Shown: positions 32,687 to 39,396, counted from the stretch's first letter. The stretch is DNA of 39,396 bases from Dehalococcoidaceae bacterium (GCA_030604105.1 JAUVWM010000001.1:1-39396), one strand, 5' to 3'. Notes: a model not told the origin generated them from the sequence alone. Numbers and translations are program-made.

Positions 32687-33868
32687 ATGCAAGGAATAAA
32701 GGATAGGGTTGCCATTGTCGGTATGGGATGTACCAAGTTTGGGGAGCGCTGGGATGCCAGTGCCGATGACCTGCTGGTGGAGGCTGCCTACGAGGCCTTT
32801 GAGGATGCTGGAATAGGGCCTGATGATATCCAGGCAGCCTGGCTGGGGACAACGTCCTCGGGGAATACCGGGATGTTGTTGTCTGAGCCGCTAAGGCTTG
32901 GTTATATTCCTATCACCAGGGTGGAAAACGCCTGCGCCACGGCCTCGGAAGCCTTCAGAAATGCCTCCTACGCAGTAGCCGCTGGCATCTACGACATAGT
33001 GCTAGCCATCGGCGTCGAGAAGCTGAAGGATAGCGGGATTAGCGGCCTGGGTGGGGGACAGGCTAGTCCCAGTCACCAGTTATCGGCGGAAAGCACGGCG
33101 CCGGGCAGTTTCGCTCTGCTTGCCACCACATATTTCGCTCGATATGGTTTGAGCTTTGAGGAAGGCAAGCATATGATAGGCAGGGTTTCCTGGAAGAGCC
33201 ATCGTAATGGTGCTCTGAACCCCAAGGCCCACTTCCGGAAAGAAGTGCCCATGGAGACAATACTCAATGCCCCTATGATTGCCTGGCCTCTGGGGCTTTT
33301 TGACTGCTGTGGTGTCAGCGATGGGTCAGCGGCAGCCATTATCACCACGCCTGAGATAGCCAAGCGCATGAGGAAAGACCCGGTGCATGTCAAGGCGCTG
33401 CAGCTCTGCGTGCCCCCTCGTGACGGAAATGTCACCACAAAATATGACTACTCCCATTTCCCGGCCAGTGTCCGCGCCGCGCAGGCAGCCTATAAGGAAG
33501 CAGGGGTAACCAACCCTCGTGAGGAGATAAGCATGGCCGAGGTCCACGACTGTTTCTCCATCACCGAGGCAGTTACTATGGAAGACCTCGGCTTCAGCCC
33601 CAGGGGGAAGGTGAAGGACGATATTGAGTCCGGCTTTTTCGACCTGGATGGGGGGTTGCCGGTGCAGGTTGACGGTGGACTCAAGTGCTTTGGGCATCCA
33701 ATTGGCGCCAGCGGGATACGGATGATCTACGAGATGTATAAGCAGTTCCAGGGCAAGGCCGGAGCCAGGCAGCTAAAGGCTCCTAAGCTGGGGCTGACCC
33801 ATAACCTTGGTGGTCTTCCGTCTGGCTGTGTTCTTTTCGCGGGCATCTTTGGGCTGCCAGAGGCATAA
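32687..33868 (+). CDS. thiolase (SCP-x/archaeal acetoacetyl-CoA thiolase type)
   Basis: 393 aa. VAIVGMGCTKFGE, RVENACATASEA (nucleophilic Cys), EVHDCFSITE and CFGHPIGASG. Confidence 0.9.
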   Translation: MQGIKDRVAIVGMGCTKFGERWDASADDLLVEAAYEAFEDAGIGPDDIQAAWLGTTSSGNTGMLLSEPLRLGYIPITRVENACATASEAFRNASYAVAAGIYDIVLAIGVEKLKDSGISGLGGGQASPSHQLSAESTAPGSFALLATTYFARYGLSFEEGKHMIGRVSWKSHRNGALNPKAHFRKEVPMETILNAPMIAWPLGLFDCCGVSDGSAAAIITTPEIAKRMRKDPVHVKALQLCVPPRDGNVTTKYDYSHFPASVRAAQAAYKEAGVTNPREEISMAEVHDCFSITEAVTMEDLGFSPRGKVKDDIESGFFDLDGGLPVQVDGGLKCFGHPIGASGIRMIYEMYKQFQGKAGARQLKAPKLGLTHNLGGLPSGCVLFAGIFGLPEA

Positions 33869-33936
33869 GAAGCGAGTAGCTTAGTCGCTTAGGTCTGCCC
33901 ATGTCCTCGGGCCATGGGCGTAAGCCTTGATATCTG

Positions 33937-34014
33937 TGGTCGGGGTGGGCGGATTCGAACCGCCGACCTCATGGTCCCAAACCATGCGCGCTAACCAGAC
34001 TGCGCTACACCCCG
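33937..34014 (-). tRNA. tRNA-Pro (anticodon UGG), CCA encoded
   Basis: The reverse strand reads CGGGGTGtaGCGCagtctggttaGCGCgCATGGtttGGGaCCATGaggtcGGCGGttcgaatCCGCCCACCCCGaCCA, a clean 78-nt cloverleaf. Confidence 0.9.
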
Positions 34015-34057
34015 GGCTAACCAAAGCCCAAAGACTAACCGGCCCTGAGGTGGATCA

Positions 34058-34129
34058 TACCCCTGGAGAGACTCGAACTCTCGCTTCCAGCTCCGGAGGC
34101 TGGCGCTCTATCCTCTGAGCTACAGGGGC
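34058..34129 (-). tRNA. tRNA-Arg (anticodon CCG), no encoded CCA
   Basis: The reverse strand reads GCCCCTGtaGCTCagaggataGAGCgCCAGCctCCGgaGCTGGaagcGAGAGttcgagtCTCTCCAGGGGTa. The acceptor stem has 7 bp, one of them a G-U pair. Confidence 0.85.
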
Positions 34130-34137
34130 ATGGCTTT

Positions 34138-34166
34138 ATCTTACCAGCCGGCAGCTCGATTGGCAA
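34138..34166 (-). promoter_or_regulatory. putative promoter of the tRNA-Arg/tRNA-Pro pair (TTGCCA-17-TGgTAAGAT)
   Basis: The reverse-strand hexamers carry an extended -10, which ends 8 nt before the tRNA-Arg 5' end. Confidence 0.5.
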
Positions 34167-34204
34167 CAAGCCTGTCTGACCGTCGCCCAAAGGACCAGCG
34201 ATGC

Positions 34205-35425
34205 TCACTGCCTGCCGGCTGGCCTTAGCGTGCCGGCGGTTTCTTTCATCATCCCCCAGAGCCCGGCCATCCTTCCCCTGTCCCGAAGGAGCATAGCCAG
34301 TGCCCCCGCCAGGTAAACGGCTGAATATCCATAGCGCACCGCGGGATCGGTGAAAAACAGCTGGGTGATAAAGAGCAAGAATAAAACAGCGCCGCCTCTC
34401 GGGGAGAGGCGCAAATTGGCTAGAAGAGCTATGGCGAAGGCTGATTGGGCGCCGGTGAGTAGGATCTCCTCCATCTGGCGGGAATCCAGGTCTAGGCTTC
34501 CGGCTCCACCCAGGGAGATGGTATAGATCAAGGGTAAGGTTCCCACCAGCAGTGTCCACTGGTTGACCTTGGATGAGATCAAGGTGCCCAGGGCGACACC
34601 AGCACTGCCGGCGAGGGTGAAAATGGCCACCACCATAAGCTCTGGGGCTTCGGAGGCCAGAGGCGCCAACCATTGGACCAGGATGAATTTATCGACGCCT
34701 AGAACCTCTCCCGTTTCTAGTAGCCCTTCGGCAAAGGGTGCGGCTGCGGCCAGGATGACGGCGGCCGGGAACAGGAAGAGGAGGACGGTAACCAGGCGTC
34801 TGGTTGGTTTGGGCAGGGCGCCGATGGTGGCTGAAGGCCCCCCTAGCCGGGGTTCCTGGACATTCCCCTTGGAGCTTGCCCAGATATAGAGCCCGAAAAG
34901 GGCTACCAGAACCACGGTATCCTCAAGCCCGAGCCTGCCTTTGAGGGGGATGATGAAGGAGTAGAGAGTGGCCAGCACCAGGAAGGAAAGCTCGATGGTC
35001 TGGTCTTTCTCTACCTCTACTGATACTGACTCTACTGATACTGAGGCCCTTCTCCTCCCCCGCAGCCAGCACAGGAAAATCACCATCGGCCAGCCGATGC
35101 CGACGAGCAGGCGGTTGGCACCGGTCATATTGGCGGTAGCGTAGCCCACATATTCCGGGTCGTTGGCTGCCGTCCAGGCGAAATAACCATCCACGGCGTA
35201 TTCGGGGAGCACGGCGATGAGAGCCAGGGCGGCCAGGGCCAGCGGCTGGGGAACCTCGATCTGGGCTGCGGCACAGGCCCAGCTCAGCAGGAAGGCTGCT
35301 CCCAGGAGGGAGAGCCCAGAGAGTGCCGCCTCCGCCTGCGGCGAGGCCTGTATGCCCCCCAGCCTGAGGAACAGCCCGGGAAGGGTCAGGCCGATAGCCC
35401 CGGCTATCCACAGCCAGTTCTTCAC
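34205..35425 (-). CDS. CaCA-family (Na+/Ca2+ or cation/H+ exchanger-like) membrane protein
   Basis: Two alpha-repeat-like segments (AVLPEYAVDG and LASEAPELMVVA) are separated by a charged loop, with about 10 TM helices. The GTG start at 35425 lies 7 nt after AAGGAG; the ORF-track TTG is at 35443. Confidence 0.6.
   Translation of the reverse strand: MKNWLWIAGAIGLTLPGLFLRLGGIQASPQAEAALSGLSLLGAAFLLSWACAAAQIEVPQPLALAALALIAVLPEYAVDGYFAWTAANDPEYVGYATANMTGANRLLVGIGWPMVIFLCWLRGRRRASVSVESVSVEVEKDQTIELSFLVLATLYSFIIPLKGRLGLEDTVVLVALFGLYIWASSKGNVQEPRLGGPSATIGALPKPTRRLVTVLLFLFPAAVILAAAAPFAEGLLETGEVLGVDKFILVQWLAPLASEAPELMVVAIFTLAGSAGVALGTLISSKVNQWTLLVGTLPLIYTISLGGAGSLDLDSRQMEEILLTGAQSAFAIALLANLRLSPRGGAVLFLLFITQLFFTDPAVRYGYSAVYLAGALAMLLRDRGRMAGLWGMMKETAGTLRPAGRQ
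35015..35044. repeat. perfect in-frame 15-bp tandem duplication (2 x CTCTACTGATACTGA) inside the exchanger gene
   Basis: Read directly. It encodes SVSVE-SVSVE in the central cytoplasmic loop. Confidence 0.95.
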
Positions 35426-35509
35426 CCGGTTTCTCCTTGGCAACAGCGACAGGTAAAAGAGGATTCTCTGGAGGAGGCCTCATATGCCCGTTTGGGGCCG
35501 GTTAACAAC

Positions 35510-35541
35510 AGATACCCCCAACCCCAAGGTTGGGGGTATCT
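35510..35541 (-). terminator. perfect 14-bp stem / 4-nt loop hairpin downstream of the lipoprotein gene
   Basis: AGATACCCCCAACC-ccaa-GGTTGGGGGTATCT lies 63 nt after the stop at 35604. On the minus-strand RNA only a weak U-tract (GUUGUU) follows. Confidence 0.6.
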
Positions 35542-35603
35542 CTGCTATCAGCAAGCCAGCAATATATTGGCCTGATCACTCGCCCTCAGTTGCGCTGGCC
35601 TAG

Positions 35604-36524
35604 CTACTCCACCTCTTCCAACACTAGGGGATAGGTGGCCATGGATCCGAAGCCGAGCCAACCCGTACCTACGCCTACCCCCGGGGGCTGGAAGATACCG
35701 GCTAGCAGGGTGTATACCCCTGGATCCAGCATCACCCCGCCTACAAATACCGCCCTGATGTCGAAGGTGCCGTCAGCCCCAACTATGGGCGGGTCGCCGG
35801 GGTCCGATCGATCAGGCCCTTTAGGAAAGGGATCGCTAAATATCACGTCCCTGCCCTGGTAGCCCCCGGGCAACATCAAGGTGATCAGCTCTCCCGGAGT
35901 AAAGCCGGAGCCTATCACCCTGAAGAACTCGGTTATAGAGCCAACGGGGGCCATCTCTCCGGCGTAGTTGTCGATCTTGCCGTCGCCGCTTATATCGAAC
36001 ACCTCGATTCTGGGAGCGAGCCCTGGGGGCAGTGGCTGCTCTGCTGCTATCGTCAGCACCGTCGAGGCCGCTGAGCCCTCAAGGCCCGTGGCCACCAGGC
36101 TATAGGTGCCGGGCTGAAGCGTTACCGGCGTGCTCTGCCACAGGAACTCGACAATGCCAGCACTGGTGGCATAGTAGGGAAGGCCTATGCTTATATCCTT
36201 TGTGGTGATTGTCTCGCCCTCCTTGATTTGGGCGCCAACCAGCGTTAAGGCCACTTCCTCCTCTGGAACAAAGCCGGAGCCGACAACCTTGAATGTCCCA
36301 CCAGCCCAGGATACGGGATAGGTTTGCGTCGGGTACAGCATAACCACAGTCATGGGAGTTACTGTGATCGCTGCTGCGTTAACAACAGACGATTTTCCAT
36401 TATCATTATCATCATCATCGTCATCATCGTTGCCGCAGGCGGCGGCGAAAGTGAGCGCCAGCGCCAATACCAACACCAGTAGGACAATGCCTACTCCCTT
36501 CCCAAAAGAAAGAAAACCTTTCAT
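35604..36524 (-). CDS. secreted lipoprotein of unknown function with poly-Asp linker and two internal Ig-like repeats
   Basis: 306 aa. The signal peptide and lipobox LTFAAAC are followed by GNDDDDDDDNDNG. Two related modules are present (F.V.GSGF.PxE...L.L.....PG.Y.L.A.G). Confidence 0.75.
   Translation of the reverse strand: MKGFLSFGKGVGIVLLVLVLALALTFAAACGNDDDDDDDNDNGKSSVVNAAAITVTPMTVVMLYPTQTYPVSWAGGTFKVVGSGFVPEEEVALTLVGAQIKEGETITTKDISIGLPYYATSAGIVEFLWQSTPVTLQPGTYSLVATGLEGSAASTVLTIAAEQPLPPGLAPRIEVFDISGDGKIDNYAGEMAPVGSITEFFRVIGSGFTPGELITLMLPGGYQGRDVIFSDPFPKGPDRSDPGDPPIVGADGTFDIRAVFVGGVMLDPGVYTLLAGIFQPPGVGVGTGWLGFGSMATYPLVLEEVE
36398..36430 (-). repeat. GAT/GAC/AAT trinucleotide run encoding NDDDDDDDNDN
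   Basis: The plus strand reads attatcattatcatcatcatcgtcatcatcgtt. This is low-complexity coding DNA directly after the lipobox Cys. Confidence 0.9.
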
Positions 36525-36705
36525 TCCTTCCCCCTTTCTACACGAGCGATGTGTCGTCTGTGATCAGGTCTACAGTCATTGACTTCTTTTGCCCAAAACA
36601 GTGTGACCGATAGCCAGCCTTTCGAGCCTTGAGAGGTCAACCAGCTAGCTGGGAATCGACCGGCCATTCTCAAGGTAAGCCTCCCAGTCAGAAAGAATAT
36701 ACGGT

Positions 36706-36735
36706 ATTATATTTGAGGCGGAAGAAAAATGTCAA
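36706..36735 (-). promoter_or_regulatory. consensus promoter (TTGACA-18-TATAAT) upstream of the lipoprotein gene
   Basis: The reverse strand reads TTGACAtttttcttccgcctcaaaTATAAT. It predicts a leader of about 175 nt before ATG 36524. Confidence 0.5.
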
Positions 36736-36788
36736 TACCTTTTCCTGAATTCGCCGCGCTTCATGGTCAAATTGGTTGTCGCTTCGGT

Positions 36789-36828
36789 GCTTTATGAGGT
36801 GAGCCAAAGCTTTATGAGGTAAGCCAAA
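36789..36828 (+). repeat. 20-bp tandem direct repeat (GCTTTATGAGGTGAGCCAAA / GCTTTATGAGGTAAGCCAAA), candidate activator site
   Basis: 19/20 identical and head-to-tail, ending 5 nt before the -10 TATAAT of the OYE/FadH gene, so it covers the -35 region. Confidence 0.9.
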
Positions 36829-36833
36829 GATTG

Positions 36834-36839
36834 TATAAT
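36834..36839 (+). promoter_or_regulatory. TATAAT -10 box of the OYE/FadH-type gene
   Basis: The sequence reads gattgTATAATggccggggaaagGGAGGGacATG. There is no TTGACA-like -35; that position is occupied by the direct repeat. Confidence 0.4.
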
Positions 36840-36859
36840 GGCCGGGGAAAGGGAGGGAC

Positions 36860-38791
36860 ATGAGCGCTTTAGAGAAACTGTTTCAACCCATCAGCATCGC
36901 CGGGCTCGGGCTGCGGAACCGCATCATAATGGCTCCCATGGGCACGCTGTTTGCCAACCCTGATGGCTCGGTCTCCGAGCGCCTCTGCCGCTACTACGCT
37001 GAGAGGGCCAAGGGAGGGGTGGCTTTGGTGATCGTGGAGGTAACGGCGGTGAGCAGGGGGGGCAAAGGTCATGACAGGCAGCTCAGCATATACAGTGACG
37101 AGTTCATCCCCGGCTTCAGACGCCTGGTGGAGTCTGTCCATCGCTACCAAGCCAAGATCGCCCTCCAGATCAATCACACGGGCAGGCAGACAACCGTCCA
37201 GGCAGCAGGTGGGCAGCCAGTGGCCCCCTCTGCTATCCCCTGCGCCTTGATGAAGGTGATGCCCCGTGAGCTGACCACTGAGGAGGTCGAGCGCCTGGTC
37301 GAAGAATATGCCGAGGCGGTGGGGAGGGCCAGGGAGGCGGGATTCGATGCTGTGGAGTTCCACGGGGCTCATGGCTACCTGATCTGTCAATTCCTCTCGG
37401 CCTATTCGAACAAGAGGACTGATAAGTACGGGGGAGACCTCGAAGACAGGATGAGGTTCGCCCTTGAGATCGTGGCTCAAGCCAAGGCAAAGGTAGGCAG
37501 CAGCTTCCCCATGCTCTTCCGCCTCAGCGCCGAGGAGCATGTGCCCCAGGGACTTACCCTGGCACAGAGCCGTATCATTGCGCGTCGGCTGCAGGATGCT
37601 GGTATTCACTGCCTGGACATATCTGCGGGCAACTACGAGGCCTTCCAGATGCAGGTGCAACCGGGGTACCTGTCCCGAGGCTGTCTCGTCCCCCTGGCTG
37701 AGGAGATCAAGAAAGCGGTGACGGTGCCTGTGAGCGTTGCCGGCAGGATCAACGATCCGGTTCTGGCCAATGCCATAATCGAACAGGGAAAGACTGACCT
37801 TGTCTCCCTAGGACGGCCTCTGCTGGCCGACCCCGAATTGCCCAACAAAGCCAGGGACGGCAGGCTGGAGGACATCCGGATGTGCACCGCCTGCTACTAT
37901 TGTATCGACACTGCCCTCGGCTACGCGCAGCCCGTCACCTGTGCCCTCAATGCCGCCCTGGGCAGGGAAGAGGAGTCCGCACTCACGCCGACGCAGACGC
38001 CAAAAAGAGTGCTCGTAGTCGGTGCTGGCCCTGGCGGTATGGAAGCAGCCAGAGTGGCTGCGCTCAGAGGACATATGGTCTCCCTCTATGAGCAGGGGCC
38101 GAGCTTAGGTGGGCAGCTGCTCCTGGCAGCCGTCCCGCCGGGCAAGGGGGAACTGGCTACCATAGCCAGATTCTTCGGCGAACAACTCTCCAAGCTGAAG
38201 GTGCAGGTCAAGCTGGACCAGAGAGTGACCGCTGGTTTGGTCTCTGAGATAGGGCCTGATGCCGTGGTGATCGCTACCGGGTCGTCAACTGTGCCTCCGG
38301 ACATCCCGGGAGCAGGCCTGCCCCACGTGGCCATGGCCCGGGATGTCATCGCCGGCAGGAGAGAGGTGGGACAGAGGGTGGTGGTTATCGGCGGCGGGCG
38401 TGTGGGCTGCGAGACGGCAGAGCTTCTTGTGAACCAGGGCAAAGACGTTACTTTGGTGAGGATGAGTGGCCGCGGTCGCCTCGCTGGCGACATGGGGCTG
38501 ATGAGCCGGAAAGTTTTCCTGGCCAGGCTGCGCCAGTCACCGGTAAGGATCGAAGCCACTAGCCCTGTGGAGCGGATAACTGAAGAGGGCGTCATCATCG
38601 GCAAGGACGGGCAATCCACATTGGTCGAGGCCGATAGCGTGGTCCTGTCTCCGGCACCTACGCCTGACCAGGAACTGGCAGACGGGCTGAAAGGCTTAGT
38701 CCCTGAACTCCACGTCATCGGTGACTCCAGCCAGCCCCGCGGCATCGCCGACGCCATCCATGAGGGGTTCCACGTGGCTCGTGAGCTATAG
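36860..38791 (+). CDS. NADH:flavin oxidoreductase / 2,4-dienoyl-CoA reductase-like (OYE TIM barrel + 4Fe-4S linker + FAD/NAD(P) domain)
   Basis: 643 aa. LRNRIIMAPMGT, HGAHGYLICQFLS, the Cys cluster CTACYYCID...CALN, then VLVVGAGPGGMEAA and VVVIGGGRVGCE dinucleotide folds. Confidence 0.9.
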   Translation: MSALEKLFQPISIAGLGLRNRIIMAPMGTLFANPDGSVSERLCRYYAERAKGGVALVIVEVTAVSRGGKGHDRQLSIYSDEFIPGFRRLVESVHRYQAKIALQINHTGRQTTVQAAGGQPVAPSAIPCALMKVMPRELTTEEVERLVEEYAEAVGRAREAGFDAVEFHGAHGYLICQFLSAYSNKRTDKYGGDLEDRMRFALEIVAQAKAKVGSSFPMLFRLSAEEHVPQGLTLAQSRIIARRLQDAGIHCLDISAGNYEAFQMQVQPGYLSRGCLVPLAEEIKKAVTVPVSVAGRINDPVLANAIIEQGKTDLVSLGRPLLADPELPNKARDGRLEDIRMCTACYYCIDTALGYAQPVTCALNAALGREEESALTPTQTPKRVLVVGAGPGGMEAARVAALRGHMVSLYEQGPSLGGQLLLAAVPPGKGELATIARFFGEQLSKLKVQVKLDQRVTAGLVSEIGPDAVVIATGSSTVPPDIPGAGLPHVAMARDVIAGRREVGQRVVVIGGGRVGCETAELLVNQGKDVTLVRMSGRGRLAGDMGLMSRKVFLARLRQSPVRIEATSPVERITEEGVIIGKDGQSTLVEADSVVLSPAPTPDQELADGLKGLVPELHVIGDSSQPRGIADAIHEGFHVAREL

Positions 38792-38793
38792 CG

Positions 38794-38817
38794 GGGTGAG
38801 GAAGCGTTCGGTCACCC
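38794..38817 (+). terminator. hairpin after the OYE/FadH gene (GGGTGA...TCACCC with inner GAA-gcg-TTC) followed by TTGTTG
   Basis: It starts 3 nt after the TAG stop. The T-rich tail merges with the next -35. Confidence 0.4.
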
Positions 38818-38820
38818 TTG

Positions 38821-38849
38821 TTGACAAGGGGCGGGTGCTTTGGTAAAAT
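38821..38849 (+). promoter_or_regulatory. near-consensus promoter (TTGACA-17-TGgTAAAAT) of the SBP gene
   Basis: A perfect -35, 17-nt spacer and extended -10. It predicts a leader of about 170 nt before ATG 39025. Confidence 0.55.
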
Positions 38850-39024
38850 TTAATACATGAAGCTTCTGACATAGGATTGTTTCACATGGTATGCTCGGTT
38901 AAGTGGCCGGCCGGTCTCAAGGCCGGCTCCTTACGTAGCCTGAAGGGAGGTATGTCGCGTGCATAGGATAATGAGCTGTTGACCATGGGATACCCCATTG
39001 AATGAGCGAGAGGAGATGCCAATT

Positions 39025-39396
39025 ATGTTCAAAGGCAAAACCCGGGTATTAGTGCTTTGCCTACTGGCCCTGCTGCTGGTGGCCCTGCCCCTGCTGGCCG
39101 CCGCCTGCGGTGATGATGATGAGGACAAAACGCCGGGGGTGGAAGAGAAGTGGATCACCATAGGGAGCAGCCACGTTCTTACTGGCGTTCCCGCCTCAAG
39201 CGCCCACGTGACCTTCACGGGGGCCATGGAGGTGATCAACTACATAAATGAGGTGGAAGGCGGCATTGACGGCATCAAGATCAAGTACGTCTGGGCCGAC
39301 GACAAGTATGACCCGGCGGCGGCGACAATCGCGTACAAGAACATGAGAAACCGTAACCACCCCCTCATGTACATAAGTATGAGTGTTGGCTTTGTC
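39025..39396 (+). CDS. ABC-transporter substrate-binding lipoprotein, LivJ/Peripla_BP_6-like, N-terminal part (continues beyond right edge)
   Basis: Not in the ORF track because there is no stop. The translation MFKGKTRVLVLCLLALLLVALPLLAAAC-GDDDEDK...GGIDGIKIKYVWADDKYDPAAATIAYKNM has a lipobox and the typical 'GGI.G.KI..V..D..YDPA.A' region. GAGGAG lies 9 nt upstream. Confidence 0.72.
   Translation, partial: MFKGKTRVLVLCLLALLLVALPLLAAACGDDDEDKTPGVEEKWITIGSSHVLTGVPASSAHVTFTGAMEVINYINEVEGGIDGIKIKYVWADDKYDPAAATIAYKNMRNRNHPLMYISMSVGFV

Noticed and set aside
34058-34129. tRNA-Arg lacks an encoded CCA and has a 4-nt variable loop; considered as a possible pseudogene.
   Set aside because: All stems pair correctly and the anticodon loop is canonical (CU-CCG-GA). 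CCA can be added post-transcriptionally, and the neighbouring tRNA-Pro shares the same promoter.
38931-39239. A 102-aa minus-strand ORF across the SBP start region.
   Set aside because: It is antisense to a well-supported lipoprotein N-terminus (signal peptide plus lipobox) and its SD, and it has no recognisable features.
1-39396. Searched for CRISPR arrays, IS/transposase or integrase genes, prophage modules, toxin-antitoxin pairs and known defence genes, plus rRNA or other large ncRNA genes.
   Set aside because: No regularly spaced repeats, terminal inverted repeats with transposase-like ORFs, recombinase motifs or defence-type domains were seen. The only RNA genes supported are the three tRNAs.

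Overview
This is a GC-rich, gene-dense bacterial chromosomal segment. Lipobox lipoproteins with acidic linkers, TGn-extended -10 promoters and archaeal-type ApgM/thiolase genes suggest a Chloroflexota-like host, but that is inference only. I support 37 protein genes (two run off the window edges) and 3 tRNAs.

Left third: one minus-strand housekeeping string of dapF (partial), miaA, tpiA, apgM, pgk, a CooC-type ATPase, a polyprenyl synthase and dxs.

Middle: a plus-strand block of a PHP phosphoesterase, a PadR/membrane pair, degV, a degenerate plsY-like gene, a P-loop kinase, pepA and an MBL hydrolase. It is followed by a complete selenocysteine/formate dehydrogenase island: selD (itself UGA-Sec), selA, selB, tRNA-Sec, tatA x2, tatC, fdhE, and a Tat-exported FDH-N type fdnG(UGA-Sec)HI.

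Right third: an MBL hydrolase, a family III CoA-transferase, a MenA-like UbiA prenyltransferase, an HMG-CoA-synthase-like::DUF35 fusion with an archaeal-type thiolase, tRNA-Pro, tRNA-Arg, a CaCA-type exchanger, an unknown poly-Asp lipoprotein, an OYE/FadH-type flavoenzyme, and the start of a LivJ-like lipoprotein SBP.

Two breaks in the ORF track are Sec recoding events, not gene boundaries: fdnG 26937-26939 and selD 17061-17063. I saw no CRISPR array, transposase, integrase, phage or recognisable defence genes, and I cannot point to a clear-cut new system.

The most unusual items are:
- the fused HMGCS-like::DUF35 + thiolase module, with an apparent His->Tyr change, in a genome segment that also encodes Dxs;
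- an Asp in place of the second Cys of the FdnG FS0 cluster motif;
- three long structured 5' leaders behind near-consensus promoters (fdnG, the poly-Asp lipoprotein, the SBP);
- several short tandem duplications of 9, 15 and 17 bp (perfect) and 20 bp (19/20), three of them in regulatory DNA and one (15 bp) inside a coding region;
- a PlsY paralog lacking the canonical motifs next to degV.

All homology calls come from motif recognition by eye; no database search was run.
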